From the NCBI RefSeq assembly GCF_036588685.1, contig NC_086376.1:61566001-61630000 (forward strand): 64,000 bases of DNA, written 5' to 3'. Below are positions 52,087 to 63,570 of this stretch, one piece after another (position 1 is the stretch's first letter; the number at the start of each line of letters is the position of its first letter). A model generated the notes under the pieces. It was not told where the DNA came from. It did no database searches and was given only the letters and a program-made list of their open reading frames with translations. The translations under genes were made by a program, and so were the position numbers. Source of the DNA: Mytilus trossulus (lineage: Eukaryota).

Positions 52087-52692
52087 GTGAGTGTGTAGTT
52101 GATTCACTTCAAATGTAGATGTCATGTTTGTCTTACAAACAAGTCATGTCCTTTAAATTTGGTATAATTTGCACAACTTTTGCTTTACTAGATTTCGTAA
52201 ACCTTCAACCCATTTTATTTTTGCCTTCATGATAATTATATTTTAACTTTTTCTGACCCATTGCATTTCTAACTTTTTTTTTATGATTTCTCGTGTTAGC
52301 TTGAAAGGGGACACAAAGCATTTTGAATAAAGTGGATTTGACTCGTTTATTTTTAATAGAATATCTTCTTATTTCTGTGGAATTTAGAATTTTTAGAAAT
52401 TTAAAACAAATATTTACCACTCAATTTACAGGAGTAATTTCATTGGATGTATGACTGTTTGACAAACACACGTTTTTATCTTCAAGTAGCTTGATTTCTG
52501 TTAAGTTTTAGTATGTAATTGAAACGTTCAGATGATTTAAAAGAGTTAACTCTCATAGTCTGTCCCCTTTATTCACTTCAAAAGTTTGTCATTCGGATTT
52601 TAAGCTTTGAAGTTCGTCAAAGAAAGGGCAATGTTATTATTTGAATCCCTCTTTTATTATATATTATTGTTTTTTCTTTAGAACCAACACAC

Positions 52693-53837
52693 ATGACACC
52701 AATAGTATTGATTTGTTTAGCCCTTGTCGGAATTGTGGCATCGGAGGCCGGAGAAAAAGGATATAGTCCAAAATATAACCTGAAAAAGTACGGAAATCCA
52801 TTTGGACCAGGTAATATTGGTAGCAATGTATTTCAAGGAAGTGGTGGATTTGGATATCCGTCTTATGGTAGATCAGGATACGGATACAGGGGATATTCAA
52901 GCAATACATATGGTTACGGTTCACCATTAAACATTGGTGATTATGCTGGATACAATGGATATAGAATACAAAGTGGATATCCTGGATACGGGTTCATGAA
53001 CGGAAGGGGTTTGAATGGATTAGGTGGTTATGGAAATTACGGTGTTCACGGTAAAGGAATCGGACCTTTCATGGGTTATGGATTCGGTGGAGGACTTACA
53101 GGATACAACAATTTAAATGGTTATGGTGCATATGGTATTAATAGGGCATACGGTGTAAACAACTATGAATCTTATGGTATTGGTGGTTTGAATGGTTATG
53201 GATCATATAGTATTGGTGGTTTGAATGGTTTTGGATCATATGATATTGGTAGTCTGAATGGTTTTGGATCAAATGGTCGTTTAAATGGTTTTGGATCATA
53301 TGGTATTGGTGGTATAAATAGTTTAAGCGTCAATGGTGGACTCATAAATGGAAGACAAGGTCTCAGTGGATTGAGCAGTTTCGATAAATTTGGAGGTAAG
53401 TAATCCTACACCACCAAATAGAAGTATATTTTTCATTTAAATGCGAAATGATAGGAATATAATATAATAACAACTGCATAATTGTTATTTGAGAGGGAGT
53501 TTCATACAAAATGGCATATCCCTTTTGTTTTAAAGAATAATCTCGTATTCCTCATGTATTTTGAAAGTGATTTAGATTAATGGAATACCAATTCTCTGAC
53601 TAAAAAATGAAAAAAACGAGACAAAACAAAATAACAAATCAAAGCCGAGCAAGATAAATATAAACAACCAGAGGATACATACAACTAAAGGATTGATCAA
53701 TTTTAGCAAACTGTACATTGAACTAAATATTTGGAGAATATGCAATTACTTCACAGTTCTATCCTCAAAAATACAAAACAATCAACTGATCATGTCAACA
53801 TTGTTTTCTCATTTCAGGTAAAAAAGGAACATATTAG
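52693..53837 (+). CDS. Secreted Gly/Asn/Tyr-rich structural protein, copy 6; join(52693..53395,53818..53837), 240 aa
   Basis: Acceptor TTTAG ends 52681; signal peptide; donor GTAAGT at 53396; acceptor TTTCAG ends 53817; exon 3 gives GKKGTY-TAG. Confidence 0.9.
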
Positions 53838-55716
53838 AATCCAAGGAGGCAATGAAGAATTGATGGCGGTTTTCTACAAATTTTTTATTTTGTTTATAAT
53901 GGTTTATGAATATTAAAATGAATATTAAATAATTCATTAGTACTTGATTGTTTTTGCAAGTTCTGTTTTCTCAAGCTAAAACACATCAAACGAATGAATA
54001 ATAACGGTCATATTCTGACATGGTACAGGCATTTTCATATATGGAGAAAATGGTGGAGTTAACTGGTTTTATAGTTAGCTCAACTTGTCACTTGTATGAT
54101 AGTCGCATCAAATTTCATTATCTTTACAACAATGTGTGAACATAACAAACACACGTAAAACATTATAGGCAAACTTATAAAAAATAGGGAAACAGCGGTC
54201 AACATTGTGTTATAATCTTATAAACTCAAACAAATATGTAACAAGAGGCACAAAAAGGCATAAAACCTAAGCATATAATAAAAAATAAACGCAAGAATAC
54301 AATTAACTACAATTGCACGACCACACAATGACGGGATGTATTTGTACGTTTACAGAGTCACGTCATATGTATCAAAGAAACACAAAAAAGCATAAAGACA
54401 AAGCACATTAGCAAAAATGAAAGACACATATACAAAATTATCATCAGACAATAACACAATTACGGGATGTATAAATACAAAGTCACGTCATATGCATCAA
54501 AGAAACATAGGAAATTGTAACTGATGACTTATTATGAATTTCGTTGGCAAAATGACTTAAACACAAATTTTCTCAATCAGTCTGGTTGGTCACATGCTTT
54601 TAAACCAACATGGACGGCAATACTATGATAAGATATCCTGTTTGTTACAAGGTATCAAAATATCACGATTTGGAAAAGGAAAAAAATTTGGAAATAGGTC
54701 ACACTCATTTACACTAAAAAGCAGACAACTTTATTTTATATTCTATTAGATTAAATTGCTGAAAAAAGCTAACGAGTGAAGACATGAGACCGTTGTTTCG
54801 GTCAAACAATGCATAATGCTGACCAGAACTTTTGAGAAGATATTTTAACATATAGATATAAATGAAAACCAATACAATAAAACACTTTAACGCAAACAAA
54901 GACTCAGACCTATTTGGACACGAAGCTCTAAAACAAGGGATACTTTGCAAAACTATTGCTCATATTCAAATACTGATTCCGACTGTAAAGACACCAATCC
55001 CATGGTACATAAATGTGGAAAGTTTATACATAAAAGTTGAGGTTTTCATTTGTATCACTGTGTTATTTAGGGTGCATTCAAAGATTCAAGTCTTGAAGTC
55101 TTCCAAAACATAAATATACCTACGTAATCATGAGAGGTAAATAGCTTCTTTTTTGTAAGTCTTGACAAACACCAAGAACATAGAGGTAAAATGATAAAAA
55201 CAACGTAGTATTTAAAAATGAAAGTGTTTTACGACAATGAAAAGACTATAAGATATTTTGGAATAAAAAGAAGATAACTACAGGATTGGTGAACAGTAGT
55301 TTACAGATGTTGAATTCTCATAAATATATTTAAAAATACAAATGAAGACAAAATACGTTCAGAAAAATCGCTTGAACTCTAAACCTGGTAAGTGTTTCCT
55401 CATATGCATGGATCACTTGTCAGATGATACATACAATTCTAGATAATTATTTTTCTTCGAAATCACCAATATCAAATACATAACGATTGTTCTAGTATAT
55501 AAAGATCAAGTACATGGAAAGATGTCTGAAGTGAGATTCGACAAATTCCCGTTGTCAAGTTTACTGACTTGTATGGTTGCGCATCTGGTACAAGAAAAGT
55601 GGTATCGTTAATTTCATTAGCTTATGGCACCCAATGGCATAAAATTATAAATCTACCCTAAAACACCAAAAAAGTCACATTTTGGTACGAAAATGGGTCT
55701 ACTTCTAAAGCCTTAC

Positions 55717-56114
55717 GGATGTACTTAGGTGAGGTTTTGGCATTTGTGTTCAATTTTCTGACTCCTTGGTGTTTTTCCATACAATATAAGGCAAACTATT
55801 TTGCCCCGTAACATCATTTTTTTCATACAAAATTTAATAGCTCATAAAAGGTCATTTACCAAAATTATAGCAGATTGTTGATTTTCTTTCCTTTCATTTG
55901 AGACCAAAGAAATACCAATGCAAATATAAGGTAAAAGTCCAAGTCAGCCTTTTCCCACCATATCTTTAATCTCAAATATATAGAAAAGGAGGTCCATGAC
56001 CTATCAATATGTTTTGTTTATTTTGATTCTTAACCAGTGCTCTTCTGACTTATAGTATCAATTTCAAATTCTTGAATTTTTTTTTATTTCACAAACCCTC
56101 ACTTAAGTACATCC
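55717..56114. mobile_element. ~400 bp non-autonomous TIR element (TTAA-type target)
   Basis: TTAC-GGATGTACTTAGGTGAGG ... CCTCACTTAAGTACATCC-TTAA. Confidence 0.7.
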
Positions 56115-57239
56115 TTAATGTTAAATAAATCAGATCTGTTAATTAAAAGAGGGAAGAAAGATACCAAAGGGACAGTCAAACTCATAAATCGAAAATAAAC
56201 TGACAACGCCTGGCTAAAAATGAAAAAAGACAAACAGACAAACAATAGCACACATGACACAACATAGAAAACTAAAGAGTAAGCAACACGAACCCTTCCA
56301 AAACTAGGGGTGATATCGGATGCCCCGAAAGGGTTTGAAATACATGATGTTCTCCAAAGAGGCCCCATTTTGGACATTTTGTCAAAATAAGAGGATTTTG
56401 TGCAATTCAAACCTCAAAGCTTAGGAACACCTTGACTGCCCCCCCTTCTATAAAAAAAGTGTTGTATCCTCAAGATTTCAATTTTGATATAAAATTCAAC
56501 AATATAAACGTTGAATCGTGCATGGCGGCCAAGGCTTAATATGTCAAAAACAATTTAAATTAGTGTAAAATACCAAAATTGACCTCAGAAAAAAATGATG
56601 TTTATTTAAAGGGTCATAGCTTCATACATTTAAAAGAAAGGTGGAACAATTATAGTTTGTCTTATAAGTATTGTCACAAGTATTTTTATGTGCAATTTGT
56701 AATATTTTGGCCCGATTTAAAAAACATAAACTTTAACCCTTCGTGAACCTTCCCCATTATGTAATGTATTATAAAGCACTAAGTTTAAGAACCACAACGA
56801 TTTTTTTTGGACAAAACTCGAGGATGTATAAATGCAGGAAAAGCTGCTTATTATTTCGCAATGGACTAAATATGCAGACTATCATTTTAATTTATATTTT
56901 ATTTTTCTTAAGATAATTTTTAAAAAACAATTATTGTTCAGAAAAACAATGAAGCCGAGCTTCAAACTAGATAATATAACTAATCTTACAATTAATGGAA
57001 GGCCTTTTCGAAAAGGATATTTTACTCACATTGAAATTCTTTTAAAAAGTTAAACCCATCTTGCAGCAATCATATTCTTGGGTGAAGCATAAGTTTGTAT
57101 ATAACTATTAATGATATCATATAAAAATAAAAACGTAAACTTTTGAAAGCGGGGAGGTAAGAAAAGGCACTTGAAAAAATCCCAGTAGATATCAACTCGA
57201 GAGATAAATAACACAGGTAACATTATCTTGGACTTAAGA

Positions 57240-57564
57240 GGACTTTCCCTAACACTCAGTTACACCAAAGATCGGAATATATTACTACAAAATGACATTT
57301 TTTTCAAAATAAGAGCTCAACATCGATATCGGATTGAACAATAATCATGATAATGCTACTATACAATTGTATATGAATGATTGATTAACATTACTTCCTA
57401 TCATTGTGGTAAACCTTTTTTGATAATACACATCTTCTATCACAAACGTTTATATTTATTATATATGAATTTTTTAACCGATTACAGTGAAATGTGTGGT
57501 AAATGACTATGTATATATAGGTCATCAATTAGTAAATCAGCACTAAGAAAGTCATCATATCACA
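57240..57564 (+). promoter_or_regulatory. Promoter and non-coding exon 1 of copy 7
   Basis: GGACTTTCCC 57240-57249; TTCCTATCATTGTGGTAAACC 57395-57415; TGTGGT ~57495; TATATATAG at 57512; donor GTAAGT at 57565. Confidence 0.65.
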
Positions 57565-57879
57565 GTAAGTTTAAGAATTTATATGCGACGTTCTAATTCA
57601 TATTATCGCATATTTGGAATGTTTATTATATTCATTGATATTGCTACGATAAATGCTATAAAAACAATAGATAACAACGTAAAAATTGATTTAATTACAT
57701 TTGCATTAGCATAATGTTCATCTTTCAGCTACACATTAAACTGTTTTATTATTTTGTAGCTTTGTATATATACTTTGATGTTTTTAAATTTCTGTTTTCA
57801 CAATAAGATTTAATGTTCTGCATAGTACAACACATGTTTATTGAAATATTATGAATTATACTTTTAGAACAAACCAACA

Positions 57880-60328
57880 ATGTCACTTAAAGCTTACCTG
57901 TGTTTGTCGCTCGTCGGACTAGTAGCTGCAGAAGCTGGGAAAAAGGGATATAGTACCAAGTATGACTTGAAGACATATGGGAATCCGTTAGGACCTTTTC
58001 TTGGTGGCAATAGATTTCAAGGAAATAACGGCGCTGGATATCCTTTGAATGGTGTATCTGGATATGGAAATGGTATCTATGCAAACAACTTTTATGGATT
58101 AGGTTCACATTTACACTATGGCGGCCATGTCGGATACAACAACTATGGTACCCAAGATGGATTTCTTGGAAACAGATTAATGAACGGAAGAGGTTTGAAT
58201 GTATGAGGTGGTTATCGGAATTACGGTGTTTATAATAATGGAGTTATGCCATTCAATGGATATGGATTTGGTCAAGGACTTGGAGGATATGGAGGGTATA
58301 ACAATTTGATTGATTCTAAAGCATTTGGCATTGGTCGTGTAAATGGGTATGAATCATATGGTATCAGTGGAATGAAGGGTTACGGAGCATATGGTGTGGG
58401 TGGTTTTGGTGAAATTGGTGGCATGTATGGTTATGGATCATATGGTATTGGAATTGGTGGTTTAAATGGTAATGGAGCAAATGGTTTGGGGTGGTTTGAA
58501 TGATTATGGATCACATAGTATTGGTGGATTCAGAAACGGAAAATACGGATACAGTGGTGTTGGTGGTTTTGGTAAATTTGGATGTAAGTTGTTTCATATA
58601 ATACAATTTAAAAAAATGCACCTTTTTTGGGTTACAATTTTCATATTCAACTTTAATATTTACTTATATTTCTTCATATTATAAACGCTTAAAGTGTGAT
58701 GCCATTAAAAGAAATAACAACAAACAATGTTACCGGCACTAAACTTTTATTTATACTGCACTCGTTCTATTTGAGCAGTTAAAATGCGCTGACCGTATAT
58801 TTCTATGTCATATACAGTCACTGACCTGATATCACTTTTCCTCATGAATATTCAAATAGAAATTGTCGAAATTATAATTAATTATGCATACGACCTCATC
58901 AACCTGGTCTTGTTTCCAATGTAAACAACGATGCGTTTAACAACTCAAACTTGTTTCTTTTACAATTTTTGGGAAAAATATTTCACTTATTAATATTTTT
59001 TGTTTGAAACCTATAAATCATTATGTTTTATGTTAATTGTTGATATTCAAGTCTGTAAACAAACAAATTCGTTCACCTTTGATAGCGGTTTTCAACAGGT
59101 AATGATGTACATTTCATCGTTTTGTAAATTTCTCCGCCTGTGTAATATGAGGCCTTTTTAAATGGGGATCTTTCCAATATTTAAATCAAATAAATATTGA
59201 CACACTTAACAACAATTGAAAATGTTTTTTTTTAGATTGCAGTATAAAGACAATAATATTCGGCCCGAAACGGGGAAAATGCTCGGCACAGCCTCGCATT
59301 TCCCTGTTTCTAAGCCTCATCCTTATATTGTTGATATGTCAAGTCAATGCACTATTATTGTCTATTTTCACGAAGATTTCTCTTCAATATATGCGAACTA
59401 TTTGAGGGGCTAAATTCTCACAGCGTGGGGGTAGTGTGACAAATAATCAAAACATCGATTGTTCAATAAAGCACCAAGCATTAAATAAGAAAAACCGAAC
59501 AATAGTAAACAGAATACAGAGTATGTCACGTAAATTTATTATCATTTAAAAAAAACAAGAACTTGCAAATAAAAAAAGATAATATTACAATTACATCACA
59601 ATAACATAAAAAAGAAAATGTTATTAATACTCATCAAGCAAATAAACATAATAGCAATAGTTAGATTGTATTTTTGCAATTACTTAGATCTATATGTACA
59701 TCTTATGTAATATATGATTGTTAGAACTTTTTTTTATTTCAATAAGGAAAATGGTCTGAAAAAAACACAACACGTAAAAATGAAAATATACACATGAACG
59801 GAAGAATAAGAAAACTTATGTATACACCAAGTACTCTAGCTTATATTGATTCGAGTAACATAAATTATTTTGTTTTATATATTCAAATGACATCACAATA
59901 CTATACATAGAAAAGAAATAATGTAAATTGATCAGCTGTATAAATATTCATTGTCAAAATCAACATAATATAAAAAAATTGGAGTAGTATGTGCGTTTTT
60001 TTTGTAATTACACAGGTTTATATAGCTGGTGTTATATCTGCTTGTTTAAATAATTTACTACAAATTGAGAGAATATTTGGTAAAGCAAAACATAAAAAAA
60101 TAACAAAAAAAGCCCCAAAAAACAAACTATCACATAAAAATTCAAAGATATAGATATACGGAATAAAAAAAAAAGATCTTTATGCTCATCAAGTATATAC
60201 TTTATACTTAAACAACATGAAATTCAATCCCAACCGTATGTTAAAGAATATTTATGCACAAATTTTATGACACTTCTATAAATTAATCCTTTTCTATTTA
60301 TTTTGCAGGTAAAAAAGGAACATATTAG
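57880..60328 (+). pseudogene. Divergent Gly/Asn/Tyr-rich protein gene, copy 7, disrupted; exons 57880..58583 and 60309..60328
   Basis: Signal peptide MSLKAYLCLSLVGLVAAEA then GKKGY. In-frame TGA at 58204-58206 (TTA Leu in copies 5 and 6). Frameshift at the G-run 58488-58491; homology resumes to FGKFG. Donor GTAAGT at 58584; exon 3 intact. Confidence 0.8.
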
Positions 60329-61624
60329 AAATCCATTATTTATCGAGTAGACGTCGACGGTTTTATACACATTTGTTATATGTATTATTATTATTTGTAC
60401 TTTTTAAACTGAATATAAAATAGAGCTAATTTTTTTGTTTGGTTTATTTTTTGATATAATTAGCAATGTAGTTGTTAAATAACCCCAAAGAGATCTTGAA
60501 ATATCTAAGGTAGAAAAGTGACACCAGAGGTACACAAAACATCGGAAATATAACAGTAAGGTCCAAAAAAAGATTAAAAACATTGCCGTCATTTGAATAC
60601 TCAAATGTTAACCTATGTGATTAGGAAAATTAGTTAACCGCTTGGTCAATGATGCCTATTGTTCTTCGAATGACAACTGAAAGTCTATTTATATGTTATA
60701 ATATGAAGGAAAACTCTGATATATTGTTTAATCTGTAAGAAGTTTAAACTGCAGCTTATTCTTGAATAGGGCTATAAAATAGGAAAAATTCATAATAGGA
60801 AATGTTCAAAGAGAGGCGAAAGACACTAAACCCACAAGTCACTGCTAAAAATTGAAAACAAGAACTATCTTTAAAAAGATATCTGACGTATTGAAATTTG
60901 AGTATATTCACCGAAAACCCGCGGAAATCTCACATGCGTAGGTGCGTTCTAAAAGTCATGTACGTTCGTACAACAAAATTTACATTAAAAATTATATAAT
61001 TGTTCCGAATAAACAGCTGTCATTGATGCAAAGAGCTATTGGAGAAACAATTATTTTAATAAAAGTATGACTCTTTGTAAGATCTAGTTCAAATATTAAT
61101 AGTTTTTGACTTGCTTTCCATCACTATATAATTAAAGAGACGTTTTTTCAAACACAACCAAATCATCCACCATGACAGCATTTTGTCAAATCACAGACAG
61201 AATTTTCGAGCATACGTATTCTGTTGCCATAGTTAAGCGTCCCAAGTTCAAAGGGCACAAACCGAAACTATACCGACTACGTAAAAAGAAAGAAAGTCTA
61301 ACAACAGTTCACATAACAAATTATAGACAACTAAAGACTGGGAAACACGAACCTAAACAAAAGTGGAGTTTTGAGATTTGTGTGATCTCATGAGATTCGA
61401 AAGAGTCAGCAGATTTGCTTTCCATCTGGCACCCGTCGTGTTGCTCATATAAGTAAAAGCAGGTGATACTTCTTAGCCTGTAGGTTAGAATCAGTGAATA
61501 GAGGACAGCACTGTGGTATCAACAATTGGACCTATCTACCGATTGTCATCTGAGAAACATATATTCTAATACGGTCAATCATAATGATGGCGTCAAAAAA
61601 TACTAAAAAAATTAAGCTCTTCTT

Positions 61625-61790
61625 CCGTGTACGACTTTTGCTCTACTTATTTTACCCTTTTGGATTATAGCTCTTTATCTTAATAAGCTTTTGATATCCA
61701 AATATTTGACGTCAAACATCATAGAAGAGACGTTCATTGTCGAAATGTGTATCTTGTGTACATAATTGGTACCGTTAATTTTATCAACTG
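61625..61790 (+). mobile_element. Older, diverged inverted copy of the adjacent retrozyme unit with a decayed hammerhead
   Basis: Reverse complement of ~61812-61980; ACATCA-TAGAAGA-GAC(GTTCATT)GTC-GAAA-TGTGTA-TC. Confidence 0.6.
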
Positions 61791-61839
61791 TTTCTTATAT
61801 ATCCCTAACGTTAATAAAATTAACGGTACTAATTTTCTT

Positions 61840-61883
61840 GCACCAGATGCGCATTTCGACAATACATGTCTCTTCAGTGATGC
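61840..61883 (-). ncRNA. Intact minimal type I hammerhead ribozyme
   Basis: Reverse complement GCAUCA-CUGAAGA-GACA(UGUAU)UGUC-GAAA-U(GCGC)A-UC/UGGUGC. All three stems pair and loop III is palindromic. Predicted cleavage between 61846 and 61845. Confidence 0.88.
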
Positions 61884-62191
61884 TCGTGGCCAAAACATTT
61901 GAAATCCAAAGCTTATATAAAAGATGAAAAGCTATAATCCAAAAGGTTCAAAAAGTATAGCCAAATCCGTGAAAGGAGTCAGAGCTTTGCATGAGGGAAA
62001 ATGCATTCCTTAATTTATAATAATTTCTAATCTTTTGTAACAGCAAATTTAAATAACAAAAAAAATCCGTATTTTCATGCCAGTACCGAAGTACTGGCTA
62101 CTGGGCTGGTGATACCCTCGGGGACTAATAGTCCACCAGCAGAGGTATAGATCCAGTGGCAGTAATAAAATTGACGATACCAATTTTTATT

Positions 62192-62235
62192 GCACCAGAT
62201 GCAAATTTCGACAATAAGTGTCTCTTCAGTGATCC
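62192..62235 (-). ncRNA. Minimal type I hammerhead ribozyme, second unit (loop III UUGC)
   Basis: Reverse complement GGAUCA-CUGAAGA-GACA(CUUAU)UGUC-GAAA-U(UUGC)A-UC/UGGUGC. Confidence 0.78.
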
Positions 62236-62907
62236 TCGTGGCCAAAATATTTGAAATCCAAAGCTTATATAAAAGATGAAGAGCTATAATCCAAAAGGTC
62301 CAAAAAGTATAGCCAAATCCGTGAAAGGAATCAGAGCTTTGCAAGAGGGAGATACATTCCTTAATTTATAATAATTTCTAATATTTTGTAACAGCAAATT
62401 TTGATAACAAAAAAATCCGTATTTTCATGCCAGTACCAAAGTACTGGCTACTGTGCTGGTGATACCCTCGGGGACTAATAGTCCACCAGCAGAGGCATCA
62501 AGTTGGATTGGATAGGTAGGTCAACATAGACCCTAATATTTGAACTATTTTGTGAATGGACATCATCTATGTCGTGGAAAGTGAAGTAAGAGTTAAATGC
62601 TAGCTTCTTTTCATTCTTCATAAGAATATCCAGGTTGAAATAAGTACTTCTTGATTGTTTTTCAATAGACTGTTGACTCAAGAATCAAATGTAAGTATAT
62701 CATTTGATATAATACAAAATTTTTATATCAAAGGACGTCAAAATATGCAATAAAAGATAATAGGAATTGAGACGCATCGTATCTGTCAACTAATTCATGA
62801 TGGTGAACTTACACATTATGAGTCGATAACAGTGTATCGTTCTCTTTACCCCACTTTGAATGTGTTGATCGATAGTTTAATCCGCCTAATAAAGTCAGTA
62901 TAATATT

Positions 62908-63570
62908 AAAGAGGGACGAAAGATACCAGAGGGACATTCGAACTCATAGATTGAACAAAATTGACAAAGCCATGGCTAAAAAAGAAAAAATACACATCAA
63001 CAAATAGTAGTCTACAAGACACAGCATGGAAAACTAAAGAATAAGCAACATGAAACCACTAAAAACTGTGGGTGGTCATAGTTGCTCCGGAAGTATATCC
63101 TGCTTCACATCTGGCAATCGTTGTGCTGCTCATGTTATTACAAAACTGGTAAATAGTCTAATTCGGTAGCTAACATTCCTGAAAAGGGAACGGGATTGTT
63201 ATTACGAATATATCCGATATCATCTGTGAAAGAATACTCCATAACGGTCGGTCAACTCGTGATGCCGTCCTTTAAATTTACGAAGGGATGATTTCAATTT
63301 CACCATTTGCAAATTTTGGTTTGGAAGCTTCCTTGTGAGCAACAACCCTCCATCAAGAAAATCAAGATAGGAAATACAAGACTCGAAATATCATATTAAT
63401 CGGGAGATATATACTCCGTATGTAGGCGATGCTGGAATGTTGCTTCATAAAAATGGAAAGTTAACGATTATGAAGCTGAAATCATCTTTTTTGTACAAAC
63501 GTTTTATTTTCATTCGACTCTTACTGTCAATTTCTAGATGAAAGCAAAGATATGAGGCCGACTTAACTGT
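62908..63570 (-). mobile_element. 5'-truncated Penelope-like retroelement remnant (RT C-terminus plus 3' end)
   Basis: The minus strand of ~63320-63500 translates LYKKDDFSFIIVNFPFL*SNIPASPTYGVYISRLI*YFESCISYLDFLD..LLLTRKL, followed by the structured module and the common 3' tail. Confidence 0.75.

Larger units (their letters stand above)
61812..62498 (-). mobile_element. Non-LTR retrozyme-like tandem array: about two units of 352 bp, each with a hammerhead
   Basis: Direct repeat with a 352 bp period (CACCAGATGC at 61841 and 62193). Confidence 0.85.

Noticed and set aside
58204-58206. In-frame TGA in copy 7 as selenocysteine or programmed readthrough
   Set aside because: It aligns to Leu (TTA), not Cys. 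A downstream frameshift also breaks the frame, and I see no SECIS in the 3' UTR.
58690-59370. Possible transposon in intron 2 of copy 7 (hairpin GAAACGGGGAAAATGC...GCATTTCCCTGTTTC near 59270-59310)
   Set aside because: It looks repeat-derived, but I could not define termini or a target duplication, so it is not listed as a feature.
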